Virus record (IMG/VR): IMGVR_UViG_3300025000_000102
Coordinates: 1-62,071 of that record
Source: a virus
Taxonomy: Duplodnaviria; Caudoviricetes
DNA length: 62,071 nt
Reading direction: 5' to 3' (one strand)
Shown: in pieces, positions 39,301-48,551 of the stretch
Layout of the letters: the number at the start of each line of letters is the position of its first letter
How positions within the stretch are numbered: position 1 is the first letter of the stretch
Position numbers and translations under genes: made by a program
The notes under the pieces: generated by a model
What the model was told of the DNA's origin: nothing
The model's input: only the letters and a program-made list of their open reading frames with translations
The model's database searches: none

Positions 39301-40174
39301 CCCTAAACTTCTGCAGTGGGTAAGTGCTAAGGACGAACTACCGGCGGCGAAGCAGATAGTTTTATCGACAGCAGATGTTATCAAGGGTATCGAGGCCGAT
39401 ATTGCGGTCAAAGAGCAGACGGTTAAGGAGTTGGAAGAGGAACAACTAGTAATCACGTACGAAACAATTGGATTACCAACTGCCGAGCTTAATGTTAGAA
39501 ACTACCGCGATGACCTTAAGCTACTCCAAGTTCAACAGAACGATATACATGCAAGGATTGGAGCATTAACAGCCCAACTCGAAGCACTCACCAAAGACGA
39601 CACAGAGCGCCAGCAACTCACCGCGGATATGGTGCCAACAGCTAAGTCTCTGACGCATTATCAAACCCTCACACGCGCCTTCGGCCTGGATGGAATCCCG
39701 TTTGCGATCATCAGAGCCGTAGTGCCGGAGCTATCGAATATGGCAAACGATATACTCGGTCAAATGACAGGTGGTCAAATGTCGCTGAAGATCGAGACCG
39801 AACGGGTGCAGAGGAATAAGAAGGAAGTTAATGCAATCGAGGTTTGGATTATCGACTATAGAGGGAATATCTCGTATGGCAATAGGTCTGGTGGGCAGAA
39901 GGTCAAGGCTGCGTTGGCTAATGCGTTTGCGCTGGCTGATCTGAAGGCGAGGAGAGCAGGGATACAACTGGGGATGATGCATGTTGATGAGCCTCCGTTC
40001 TTGGACGCGGCGGGGATAGAAGCTTATTGCGATGCGCTTGAGGGGTTAAATCATCGGTATCCAAATATGCGCGTGATAGCAATATCGCATGATCCAGCAA
40101 TGAAGGCGAGGTTTCCCCAACAGATCGAGGTAGTGGATATGGGGAATGAGGGTAGTAAGGTGAGAATCGCGTAA
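36323..40174 (+). CDS. Fused SbcD (Mre11) nuclease-SbcC (Rad50) ATPase
   Basis: DWH, GDVFD, NHD, ALGHIH phosphoesterase motifs; GENGIGKS, long coiled coil, SGGQ, HVDEP, ISH. Confidence 0.92.
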   Translation: MRVLHSGDWHVGELTGPVVNGQNARLLDTLRCLDFMVEYAQRERPDAVLVPGDVFDKSKLWGDNILSLIGEVEKRLRLLAKICPTVVSFGTDNHDSMKAFFNLASMRIPNLFIETQPKLFQVMTASGLLQVGVIPGFDKGYFRALHPGMEPAEESMMCSKLLGDMVNGLSAQLDPTIPSVLMAHYTVVGCELDNGQHVFSQSEVVLPKEALAGSAFDLVALGHIHRAQQVECAGKPVFYSGPPNGITFNEEGQDKGFWVHEISETGSMYYQNHDFTAKSYSVGSEFVITPYRKFLTIEVDFMPASDPMKKLALVAEMNPIKDKIVKLEYECTEEQRVLLNHKEMESLLKVGGAFHVSEIKTKRIVEVLTKQELTETSGPLENLYTWLVAEGFKNDEITSIIDLARPLIATISAKMPTGTLSGIFVPKSLRVKNYRSYLSEYLDFQAIYFAIVNGENGIGKSSLFMDAPRDCIYEETRTGVTGEWITNGQTDGMIDFIFGMGVTDWRIIRNRSIKGSGKITLALQEYVNDKWEDRSGTTTRQTQEKIEALIGMDCATFSCTALIMQDAYGSFMEASKEDRMSVLANILGLGVYEQLTDLAKAKVSELNKSLAISRVKMAELDEKLKAKPGLDVELQEIEHDLKYTVEDILAKEIEIKDAEELVRTLKSKAEKAEDIKLQIKALNDDVFAKQLEISTKRQAAERAQKMLAMEAAILTKSEEYEKVRDLITVLGAKKPRYQELMIVQEETEFDISAADATLTKLAPQITDLEKILASKPELDAIVEQYDRENARLGEMDNLAAKANDKNQEILEAEKDTDRTGDEIYDKRLVLKDTELRLEELVKKSAMLANANCVDPENAKCAFLADAQKAKAQIPIIEAEIKAIEKEILDMTEARKPFVKIVMDLEAEYKAIGYDIHNNKEHRDLRELVKSLLPSVVLAGQLDSKAELLAGLLAQAEDATRRKDELQAKLADVTEAYNALNIELSELPELQQRLPKLLQWVSAKDELPAAKQIVLSTADVIKGIEADIAVKEQTVKELEEEQLVITYETIGLPTAELNVRNYRDDLKLLQVQQNDIHARIGALTAQLEALTKDDTERQQLTADMVPTAKSLTHYQTLTRAFGLDGIPFAIIRAVVPELSNMANDILGQMTGGQMSLKIETERVQRNKKEVNAIEVWIIDYRGNISYGNRSGGQKVKAALANAFALADLKARRAGIQLGMMHVDEPPFLDAAGIEAYCDALEGLNHRYPNMRVIAISHDPAMKARFPQQIEVVDMGNEGSKVRIA

Positions 40175-40222
40175 GTGCGGTTCTCGCTGATCAGATAAAA
40201 ACGAAAGAGGAGCGTGTTAACT

Positions 40223-40786
40223 ATGGAAATCGGAGATTTTGTAAAAGGAAAGCCTGAAGCAAACGAACGATATGGCATTACCACCGAAAAAATGACCAGA
40301 GGTGTTGTTGCTAAGATAGATGGCGAACAAATCACAGTAAAAATACTAGAGCATACAGAGGGCAGTACTGGGGTATATGGTGTCGATCCGAAATATTTCG
40401 AGGTAACTGGACACCAAAAGAAGTTTGACCGGGCAGAGGTTTTGGAACTCCTGCAAAAGGAGTGCAAAAAGGCGATTCTAGATTACGACCTCAGGAGTGC
40501 TGACCTCAGTGGTGCTGACCTCAGTGGTGCTGACCTCAGTGGTGCTGACCTCAGTGGTGCTGACCTCAGTGGTGCTGACCTCAGTGGTGCTGACCTCAGT
40601 GGTGCTGACCTCAGTGGTGCTGACCTCGATTTCTCCTGCAAAATAGATAAGCGTTTGGCTTGCCAATTGGCGTACCATCTTTGCTCAATGCAATGCGACG
40701 ATGAGGAATATATGAAGATGCGGGATTCTATCTTGGGTTTTGCGAATCAGTTTCACAGGGTTGGTGAGTGTGGGATGCTAGAGTAG
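40223..40786 (+). CDS. Pentapeptide-repeat protein
   Basis: (ADLSG)x8 followed by ADLD. Confidence 0.85.
   Translation: MEIGDFVKGKPEANERYGITTEKMTRGVVAKIDGEQITVKILEHTEGSTGVYGVDPKYFEVTGHQKKFDRAEVLELLQKECKKAILDYDLRSADLSGADLSGADLSGADLSGADLSGADLSGADLSGADLSGADLDFSCKIDKRLACQLAYHLCSMQCDDEEYMKMRDSILGFANQFHRVGECGMLE
40499..40627 (+). repeat. Perfect 15-bp tandem repeat GCTGACCTCAGTGGT, 8 copies plus a partial
   Basis: Direct reading of sequence. Confidence 0.95.
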
Positions 40787-40816
40787 TCTTCGTCGATTCA
40801 CTTATTTTTTTAACCA

Positions 40817-40852
40817 ATCGTTGGACAAGTTACCAATCTTTACATCGTATGC
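40817..40852 (+). repeat. Conserved intergenic motif, copy 2
   Basis: Same blocks and spacing as 30844-30879. Confidence 0.75.
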
Positions 40853-40906
40853 AGGATATAACGGATTAGAACGAGTTATGAGAATTAAGGGGAAGGAGGG
40901 AGCGAG

Positions 40907-41059
40907 ATGAAACACGGAGTATCACCAAGTCGGAAACAGAAGGAACGGTTGAAGGCTGAGGGACTTAATCCTGATGAATGGTTCGTTGCAAGGAACTGTT
41001 CGGACTTCTTTGAGGTTGTGAATAAGGAGACTCGGGAGATAAGGAAGTTTGGGGTTTAG
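40907..41059 (+). CDS. Small phage protein (MKHGVSPSRKQK...GLNPDEW)
   Basis: AGGAGG RBS; 50-aa ORF not in track; recurrent Firmicute phage motif. Confidence 0.65.
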   Translation: MKHGVSPSRKQKERLKAEGLNPDEWFVARNCSDFFEVVNKETREIRKFGV

Positions 41060-41078
41060 CGATAAGGAGGTAGTTATT

Positions 41079-41321
41079 TTGAGAAAATCCACAGGAGTAG
41101 TCCGCAAACTAGATGAACTCGGACGCGTTGTGTTACCAATTGAACTCCGTAGAACTCTATCCCTCAGCGAGGGAGATGGTCTTGAGATATTCGTTAATGG
41201 AGAGGAGATCATACTCAGAAAATACCAACCCGGATGCGTGTTATGCGGTGGCATGGAGGATGTTGTCAGGCACAAAAAAGGTAAGATGGTTTGTTGTAAA
41301 TGTCTTGGTGTTGAGGCGTGA
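41079..41321 (+). CDS. abrB: AbrB-family transition-state regulator
   Basis: KSTGVVRKLDELGRVVLPIELRRTL...LEIFV.GE.IILRKY.P.C..CG. Confidence 0.9.
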   Translation: MRKSTGVVRKLDELGRVVLPIELRRTLSLSEGDGLEIFVNGEEIILRKYQPGCVLCGGMEDVVRHKKGKMVCCKCLGVEA

Positions 41322-42094
41322 AGCGAGACGAGTTCGTATTAAGGACCTCGGATGTTGCGCAGAATGTGATCGGTGTTAATCCACAGGAGCGAACTTGTGA
41401 GGAATGTGGGCGACAGTTTTCTATCAGCAATACTCGTTTATGGGCGTACAGGATTATCGCCAAAGGCTGTACATCTTGGTTTTGTCGGTATAACTGTATG
41501 CGAGCTGGGGAGAAGAGGCTTGAGGGTACGAAGGCGGGGAGGAAAAAAGAGTTGAGAACGAAGGAAAACAAACCGAGCAAGGCAGTATTGGAGAAGGATT
41601 TACGGACTGACATGACGTTGGCATTAATTGCCGAGAAATATACGTGTTCGATTGCGACGATAAGTAACTGGGTGAAGTCGTATGGGCTACAGGGCATTAG
41701 GGGGATCAGGAAGGTTAGCAGTGAGTCAGGGGTAGACCCAATGGTAGAGGAGACAGATGGTGCCACGGATGACCAAATGCAGGCAGACATTGATCCGTCC
41801 AAAGTTGCTAATTTATGCACATGCCCATCGGATGGTCATGAGTCAGACCCTAATGAGGCAGAACCGGACGATAGGGAGCCGCTACTTACGCAGGATGAGA
41901 TTGAGGAGTTAGAGGGTCGTCTTCCTGAACCGATCGATCCTGAGCCGGAACCAGAACCCCAGCGCGAACCCTACGAGGAGGTATGGGGTGATATCCGAGA
42001 CGACATCACAACACTCAGGAGAATGTACGCACAGGATGCGGATAAGTCGTTCTTTGATCGCCTACACGGGTTATTTCTCGAAGTGAGGGGCTGA
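41318..42094 (+). CDS. Zinc-finger/HTH hypothetical protein
   Basis: CEECG...FCRYNC; IAEKY.CS.ATISNWVK; acidic tail. Confidence 0.6.
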   Translation: MKRDEFVLRTSDVAQNVIGVNPQERTCEECGRQFSISNTRLWAYRIIAKGCTSWFCRYNCMRAGEKRLEGTKAGRKKELRTKENKPSKAVLEKDLRTDMTLALIAEKYTCSIATISNWVKSYGLQGIRGIRKVSSESGVDPMVEETDGATDDQMQADIDPSKVANLCTCPSDGHESDPNEAEPDDREPLLTQDEIEELEGRLPEPIDPEPEPEPQREPYEEVWGDIRDDITTLRRMYAQDADKSFFDRLHGLFLEVRG

Positions 42095-42596
42095 TGGGTA
42101 CGGCGCACGTTAAACTCATAGGGATGCCAAATCGGAAGGGCAAGAACTCCAAATCGAAGGCGAAGGGACCGTGTAAGTGCCTAATGTGTGCGAATACAAC
42201 TCGGGAGATATTTTTCGGTAAGAAGTTGTTGATCTGTAGGGATGAGGCGTGTGATATGCGGTGCGATGTTTGCACTGAGAGACCGAATACAACGTGTGGG
42301 TTCATCGAAGTTAAGGAGGATGAAGCAATATGTACTGCGATTTAATATTCCCATTCAAAGTCAAAGAAGGTTGCAAGATGGGAATTCAGGAAGATGGCGA
42401 AAAATTAGCAATCTATACCCAATTAACGATAGAGAAGGCTAAGAACCAGATAGACGAACAAGGGTATTCTGAGATGCACGAAAGATTGCGCCAGCAAATT
42501 GCCGACCTGCTTCATGAGGATATTGAAATGGTGGTCTGCATATCTGGCGAAGAGTACGAGGCTAATGTTGACGATGACGAGTAAGGAGGTGCTGGC

Positions 42597-43145
42597 GTGA
42601 CCATAGCGACAAAACTATCCGAAATAATGAAACTAATTACAAACGAGCAGGATCTCGTCAAACTCAGGGAATCGCTTATTGCGAATAATCTCATCACTAG
42701 AACGGAATACGAAATCGCTAATTCGAGCGAGAGAGTGGGTGTCAAGGGAGTTGTTTGGCAGGTAGTAACCGTGTTATGTCGCCTGAAGGTTATCGATATT
42801 GAGTCAGGCGAGGGCATCGAGAACACGGCACTTGGGACAGGGATTGATGCAGGAGTTATGGCAGTGATTAAGGCGCAGGATATGGCACTGAGTAGGGTGT
42901 GGATAGGCGCATTGGGTATTACCGAGGCAGTGAGCGTGCAGGACGTTACGTCAGTGCCAGAGATCGTCGTCGAGACTCCGGAGTCTAGGCTTAGGGCTGA
43001 GATTAACGCGTTGTACAAGTGGGATAGAGCGTTGTTTGCTGAATGGATTGCCAAGCGGATTGGCGGGGAGTTTGAGAGTGCTGATATCGTAAGGTTAACA
43101 GCCGTTAGAGATGAGTTAAAGGGGTATAGGAAGGAGCATGGTTGA
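42597..43145 (+). CDS. ERF-like ssDNA-annealing protein (possibly diverged)
   Basis: IATKL..IM, IDIESGE, G.G.D.G..A..KA...A pattern. Confidence 0.55.
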   Translation: MTIATKLSEIMKLITNEQDLVKLRESLIANNLITRTEYEIANSSERVGVKGVVWQVVTVLCRLKVIDIESGEGIENTALGTGIDAGVMAVIKAQDMALSRVWIGALGITEAVSVQDVTSVPEIVVETPESRLRAEINALYKWDRALFAEWIAKRIGGEFESADIVRLTAVRDELKGYRKEHG

Positions 43146-43439
43146 GTGTTCGAGGATGTCTTGAATAAAGCCCGCGATAGAGGGTACACCCTGCACAACT
43201 CTTCCAGTGACCATAAATCATGTAACTTAATTCGTGGAGATGGAATTGGTTTAATGATTTATCCTGAAACAGAAGAATTCAAGCTTTATTACAATGTAGA
43301 TTTAGCCTTTGTTCTTGATGGTGGCAAATGTGGATCATTTATGAATGATAAGCACTTTAAACTATTTGAGGACAAAATCGTGAAGTACGCTTACATTCTC
43401 AGGAATTACAAAAATGTGATGATTTAGGGGGTAGGAAAA

Positions 43440-43961
43440 ATGTCGTTAAACCGAGTCATATTAATTGGTCGCCTAACTAAAGACCCCGAATTGCGTTACT
43501 CACCATCAGGCGTTGCCGTAACGAACTTTACACTCGCAGTTGACCGTAAATTTAAGAACGCTCAAGGCGAGAAGGAGACTGACTTTATTCCTTGTGTATC
43601 GTTTAAACAACTTGCTGAACTCATAGCCGAATACCAGTCGAAGGGAAAATTAGTATCGGTAGAGGGACGAATACAGGTCAGGACCTACGACGATAAGGAA
43701 GGTCAGAAGCGATGGGTCACAGAGATCATGGTGGAAGATTGCCATTTCTTGAGTCCGAAGGATGGCGGTACGGGGTCAGGGCAGGCACAGACACAACAAC
43801 CTCCTGCACAGCAACAGCGTCAGTCACAGCAGGGATCGATGCCGCCTCCTCCGGGGTATCAGGGAGCGCCGCGAGCAGATGGTCCACCTAACGGGCAAGG
43901 AAAACCGCCGGGGTATTCGTTCGGACACGAAGTAAATCTAGATGATGATATCCCATTTTAA
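43440..43961 (+). CDS. ssb: Single-stranded DNA-binding protein
   Basis: LNRVILIGRLTKDPELRY...VEGRIQ.R; C-terminal DDIPF. Confidence 0.96.
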   Translation: MSLNRVILIGRLTKDPELRYSPSGVAVTNFTLAVDRKFKNAQGEKETDFIPCVSFKQLAELIAEYQSKGKLVSVEGRIQVRTYDDKEGQKRWVTEIMVEDCHFLSPKDGGTGSGQAQTQQPPAQQQRQSQQGSMPPPPGYQGAPRADGPPNGQGKPPGYSFGHEVNLDDDIPF

Positions 43962-43992
43962 AATTATTCTAAATAAGTCAGCGGTGATATAA

Positions 43993-45366
43993 ATGCAACT
44001 ACGAGACTACCAGACAGAACTAATCGAGGAGATCCGGTATTCAATTCTCTCCGGACTCCTCCGGATATGCGCAGTGGCTCCGTGTGGTGCGGGCAAGACG
44101 GTGTTATTCTCTTGGATTGTGGCACAGGCCCGGGCTAAGGGTCAAAAGATACTTATCGTGGTACATCGTCAGGAATTAATTGAGCAAACATCGAAGACGC
44201 TGGATGAGTTTTATATACCTTACGAGGTCCTGAATTCAAAGAACATAAATTCGTGTGACATGCATATTGCGAGTGTTTACACGTTAGCGAGAAATCTTGA
44301 TAAGTTCGAGAAACCTCCTGATTTAATCATATTTGATGAGGGTCACCATGGGGTAGCAAACACGTGGAGAAAGGTTATAGACCACTTCCCCAAGGCGTTG
44401 ATCATCGGTTTCACGGCAACCCCCGCAAGGCTATCAGGCGATGGACTGGGCGTAATATTCCAAGCACTAGCGTTAGGACCGACAGTTAAGGAATTGATCG
44501 AAATGAAGAGATTGTCACCCTTCGACTACTACAGCCCTCCTGTCGTTGCGGATTTCGCAGACCTAAAGGTTAAGTACGGAGATTATCAGTCCTCGGATGT
44601 GGCGCTAAAGATGGATAAGTCGGAGATCATCGGGGATGTCATAGCAACCTATCGTAAGTTGGCAGATGGGAAACGAGCGATTTACTACTGTGCAACTTGT
44701 GAGCACGCCGAACATGTAGCGAGGGAGTTTAATCTTGCGGGGATCAGTGCGGCGTATATCGACGGTAAAACACCTACGGCGATACGCAAATTAGCTATCG
44801 AGCAGTTTCGAACAGGTGCTGTTAAGATCCTGACAAATGTTGACCTTGTGAGCGAAGGTTTTGATGTTCCGAATATGGAGTGCGTTGGATTACTCAGACC
44901 GACTCAGTCCGTGGCGTTGTTTATTCAGCAAGCCATGAGGGCCATGAGGGAGGATCCTGAGAATCCTGAAAAGGTCGCTGTGATAATTGACCACGTCGGC
45001 AACGTTTATCGGCATGGTTTACCGGATGAGGACCGCGAATGGAGCCTCGAAGGCAAGGTCAAGAAGCGCGAACCGTCTGAGATATCAGTTAGGCAGTGTC
45101 CAGAGTGTTATTACGCGCATCTACCTTCTCCTAAGTGCCCGAAGTGTGGGTTTGTGTATGCGGTGAAGGCTCAGGCTGAGATCGTGCAGACGAAGGGTGA
45201 GTTACTGCAGATTAAGGCGTTGGAGCGCAAGGAGGATAAGCGAGAGGTTGCAAGGGCTAAGACGCGGGAAGAGTTGGAGTTTATCGCGATTAAGCGAGGG
45301 TACTCGTTGCGGTGGGTTAACGTGCAGTTGGAGTTGAGAGAGAAGTGGAGAGGGGGGAGACGATGA
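43993..45366 (+). CDS. SF2 (DEAD/DEAH-like) helicase
   Basis: LRDYQ, PCGAGKT, DEGHH, TATP, EGFD.P, C-terminal CPEC/CPKC. Confidence 0.92.
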   Translation: MQLRDYQTELIEEIRYSILSGLLRICAVAPCGAGKTVLFSWIVAQARAKGQKILIVVHRQELIEQTSKTLDEFYIPYEVLNSKNINSCDMHIASVYTLARNLDKFEKPPDLIIFDEGHHGVANTWRKVIDHFPKALIIGFTATPARLSGDGLGVIFQALALGPTVKELIEMKRLSPFDYYSPPVVADFADLKVKYGDYQSSDVALKMDKSEIIGDVIATYRKLADGKRAIYYCATCEHAEHVAREFNLAGISAAYIDGKTPTAIRKLAIEQFRTGAVKILTNVDLVSEGFDVPNMECVGLLRPTQSVALFIQQAMRAMREDPENPEKVAVIIDHVGNVYRHGLPDEDREWSLEGKVKKREPSEISVRQCPECYYAHLPSPKCPKCGFVYAVKAQAEIVQTKGELLQIKALERKEDKREVARAKTREELEFIAIKRGYSLRWVNVQLELREKWRGGRR

Positions 45367-45662
45367 GGAAGGAGCTCAGGATGACGAACGAATCCGTAAC
45401 CCTAAAGCAAATCAACGACATGAAACACGCCATCGGTTTCGACGGTAAAAGGGTAAGGCGCAGGAAATACGTTGCGTATCGGAATTACTACACGACTTCG
45501 GATAATAGTTCGAGTTGGGACGCGTTAGTTGAATTAGGGCTAGCAGTAAAAAGACCGTTCGAGAATGGAATTGGCGGTAATCCTCAGTGTTATTTTGTTA
45601 CTAAGAAGGGCATGGAGTTTTTGGAGAGGTTACTGGAATGCAAGATTATGGAGGAGGAGTGA
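45363..45662 (+). CDS. Hypothetical protein
   Basis: MKHAIG...YRNYY...W..LVE.GLA motif. Confidence 0.55.
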   Translation: MRKELRMTNESVTLKQINDMKHAIGFDGKRVRRRKYVAYRNYYTTSDNSSSWDALVELGLAVKRPFENGIGGNPQCYFVTKKGMEFLERLLECKIMEEE

Positions 45663-45667
45663 GAGGT

Positions 45668-46123
45668 ATGGCGAGAGATGAGATTATGGCAATGGTGCCG
45701 GGTCAAGAGTTGGACGCACTAATCGGTAAATTAGTTAAAGCTACACCACGAGTTGAGTGGTGGGCAACGATGGATGAGGTTACCTGCTACGCGGATTTTA
45801 ACAGTGAACAATTGGCTAATGAGTGGCACGAGGAATTTAAGACCGAATGGCCTAACGGGGAGTACGCAAGGAGCGGTCGAATTATCCGCAAGGAGTTCTA
45901 TAAGCACTACTCAACAGACATATCGGCGGCCTTTGAAGTTATCGAGAAGATGCAACAAAAAGGTTGGTACATCACCATTGAGCACTATCTACTCAACACG
46001 AAGACCATTTGCTATCGTAAGTTGCTCGATAAATCACAGGACGTAGGTATTTTTATCAAGAAGATGGGCGATGCCGAGGGGATATGCAAGGCTGCGCTTC
46101 TGGCGTTGGAGGAAAAACCATGA
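45668..46123 (+). CDS. Phage ABA-sandwich-like protein
   Basis: YSTDISAAFEVIEKM...ICKAAL. Confidence 0.65.
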   Translation: MARDEIMAMVPGQELDALIGKLVKATPRVEWWATMDEVTCYADFNSEQLANEWHEEFKTEWPNGEYARSGRIIRKEFYKHYSTDISAAFEVIEKMQQKGWYITIEHYLLNTKTICYRKLLDKSQDVGIFIKKMGDAEGICKAALLALEEKP

Positions 46124-46479
46124 GTTATTACCTCAAAACAGCCAGCGAGCTACTACCTGAATCAAACTGCCTAAAACTTAAATACGCGGCAGTAATCGTA
46201 GGTAAACACGGTCGCATCATCTCAGTGGGCTACAACCATTCCGCGATCCCCTGCACTACCTGCGCACGTCAGGATATCCCGCATAACTCAGGAAACTACG
46301 ACACATGCCATTCGATACATGCGGAAATGATGGCACTGCTCGGGGTTGATATGAGGGAGTTACGAGGTTCGACGTTGTATCTCGTTTGTGATCGGGATAT
46401 AGGTCCTGAGCCGTGTCCGATATGCAAGAGGTTGATGGAGTGGTGCGGGGTGACGTTGGCAGAAGGAGGGGGTAAATAA
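46120..46479 (+). CDS. dCMP/cytidine deaminase-like protein
   Basis: GAVIV-like AAVIV, GYN, HAE, PC..C zinc motifs. Confidence 0.85.
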   Translation: MSYYLKTASELLPESNCLKLKYAAVIVGKHGRIISVGYNHSAIPCTTCARQDIPHNSGNYDTCHSIHAEMMALLGVDMRELRGSTLYLVCDRDIGPEPCPICKRLMEWCGVTLAEGGGK

Positions 46480-46797
46480 ATGAAAAAATTAATTTCCCTA
46501 TCCATTCTCGCGGCTCTCCTGCTCACTGGTTGTGGGACCAATCAGGCCCAAACCGTACCACAACCAACTGAGCAACAAGATGATAATGATGAAATGGGCT
46601 GGTTCGAAGATGAAGTTTTGGATATGGATGACTGGGGAGAGAAAAAGAAGTCCAAGGTTAAATCTGGAGTTTTACAACCTCAACCCAAAGCTGATATTAA
46701 GCCTCAACCAAAAGCTGAGGTTAAGCCTAAGTCTAAAGTAGATGCCAAAATGCCGAGCACTAAGCAAAAGGCGAGTGTGAGCAAAAAGAATCTATAA
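46480..46797 (+). CDS. Lipoprotein
   Basis: Lipobox LTGC; low-complexity KPQPK repeats. Confidence 0.7.
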   Translation: MKKLISLSILAALLLTGCGTNQAQTVPQPTEQQDDNDEMGWFEDEVLDMDDWGEKKKSKVKSGVLQPQPKADIKPQPKAEVKPKSKVDAKMPSTKQKASVSKKNL

Positions 46798-46933
46798 GGA
46801 GGTCAAACTGGCATGCAATTCGGACTAGGATTAATACTCGGTGGCGTGATTGGCATGATCGCAACGGCGATAATGGTAGCCGCTAGGGATGCGGATGATT
46901 CCATGAGGAGATTAGAGAAGGAGTGGGAGAAGG

Positions 46934-47371
46934 ATGAGTGGTAGGGAGCGTATGAACGTAGAGACTAATTGTTTACAATGTGGAGAAATGTTCATCAGGA
47001 TGGCAAGAAACGATAGAGAGCCTAAGTTCTGCTCAAGAAAATGTCTTTATGATTATAGGCGGGAAAATGGTTTTAGTGAGGATTCAATACTCAAGTTATC
47101 CCAGAATGTTTCAAAAAGTTTAATTGGCAATTCACGCAGATGGAAAGGTGATAATGCTTCGTATGTAGCTAAACACATGTGGGTTTACAAGCACAGGGGC
47201 AAGGCTCGTATATGTGAACCACATCCAGAACATAACGCATTAAGATTTGAGTGGGCAAATATTAGCGGAAAATATCTTAGAGACGTTAACGATTACATTC
47301 AACTTTGTCCATCATGTCACTGAAAATACGATTTAGGGCTTATTAAACTTAATAATATAGAGGTGGTATAA
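46934..47371 (+). pseudogene. HNH-type endonuclease with internal TGA at 47321
   Basis: H.WV...GK...C, EWAN.SG.Y.R...DY..LC.SCH*KYD; frame continues to TAA 47371 abutting next gene. Confidence 0.6.
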
Positions 47372-47773
47372 GTGAGAATTCTTAAATTTAGGGCATGGGA
47401 CAAGGAAAAAATGATTGATGGTGATTCGTTAGCCTTTGAGGATTATGCTCCGATTAAAGATTTACTAAGCGGTGAAGGGATAATGCAATTTACTGGCCTC
47501 AAGGATAAAAACGGTGTGGATATTTACGAGGGAGATATCATTAATCTCATTAACGCTGAAGGTGATTCGATAAACGTGGTTTGTGAGTTCGGTACTGCAA
47601 GGAGAAGGGTAATTGACTGCACGGTTGATATAACCGGATTCTATTTTAAACTAGACAATGGCAAAAAGTCTTTCCCTGTCGTTGATAATTATTTAGGGAA
47701 ACACGATTTGGAACTATTCGAGGTCATTGGAAATATCTACGAACACCCCGAGCTAATGGAGGTGCAGGGATGA
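47372..47773 (+). CDS. YopX-family protein
   Basis: KFRAWD, MQFTGLKDKNG.DIYEGDI, EVIGNIYEHPEL. Confidence 0.9.
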   Translation: MRILKFRAWDKEKMIDGDSLAFEDYAPIKDLLSGEGIMQFTGLKDKNGVDIYEGDIINLINAEGDSINVVCEFGTARRRVIDCTVDITGFYFKLDNGKKSFPVVDNYLGKHDLELFEVIGNIYEHPELMEVQG

Positions 47774-48177
47774 GAGAGATTAAATTACGGGGAAAGGTCA
47801 TTGATACTAGTAGCGTTATCGACAAGAAAAAGGAATTCTCAGAAATGTTGTCAATCGGAGAATGGGCTACTGGACAGATATATTACAAGGATGGCGACTC
47901 CTTCGTTGGGTGCTATGGGGAGTGGTATAAGGTTAACTGTGAAACGGTGGGACAATTTACGGGTCGTCGTGACAAAAACGGAAACGAGTTATGCGATGGA
48001 GATATTTGTAAATACGGAAGCAAGGTTCTGGAGGTTTTCTGGACATCAATAGGAACTGGAAGTTGGTGGTTTAGGAACGGACTTGGTGAGAATGTTAAGA
48101 GAATTGATCTCGATGATCTGATAATTATTGGGAACAAGTGGGATAATCCTGGGCTTCTCAGTGGTACTCCATCATGA
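47770..48177 (+). CDS. YopX-family protein
   Basis: MREIK.RG, ETVGQFTG..DKNG, IIGN..DNP.LL. Confidence 0.88.
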   Translation: MREIKLRGKVIDTSSVIDKKKEFSEMLSIGEWATGQIYYKDGDSFVGCYGEWYKVNCETVGQFTGRRDKNGNELCDGDICKYGSKVLEVFWTSIGTGSWWFRNGLGENVKRIDLDDLIIIGNKWDNPGLLSGTPS

Positions 48178-48545
48178 GTAACGAGCACGACATCCAATCC
48201 CGCATCCGCATCGACTTCTCCCGAGAAATCCCCCAAGGTCTCCTCTTCCGTACCAACGTAGGCCAATCGTGGACAGGCTCGCGCACTCGCAAAAACCCTG
48301 ACGGCTCACTAACAATCTTTGATCCGCGTCCATTCTCGACAGGCTTACCGAACGGGTTTTCTGATCTGTTCGGGGTACTTCCTGGGGGACGCGCTGTGTT
48401 CATCGAGGTTAAGTCGGCGAAGGGGAAACCATCCGAGGCGCAGACTAGGTTTTTAGATGTGGTGGTTGGTGCGGGGGCATTGGCAGGGGTGGCGAGGTCG
48501 TTTGAGGATGTTGTGAGGATTATTAAGGGACAGAAAGAGAGTTGA
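48174..48545 (+). CDS. VRR-NUC nuclease
   Basis: EHDIQ..I, G.SDL.G, FIEVK...G..S..Q..F. Confidence 0.9.
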   Translation: MSNEHDIQSRIRIDFSREIPQGLLFRTNVGQSWTGSRTRKNPDGSLTIFDPRPFSTGLPNGFSDLFGVLPGGRAVFIEVKSAKGKPSEAQTRFLDVVVGAGALAGVARSFEDVVRIIKGQKES

Positions 48546-48551
48546 TGGAAA

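Noticed and set aside
36938-40467. Numerous antisense ORFs over SbcCD and other long genes
   Set aside because: Shadow frames of real genes, with no RBS or motifs
40499-40627. Tandem repeat as CRISPR array
   Set aside because: No spacers; in-frame coding pentapeptide repeat
47321-47323. Genome-wide stop-codon reassignment or selenocysteine
   Set aside because: Many intact genes end in TGA and TAG; a single nonsense mutation is simpler
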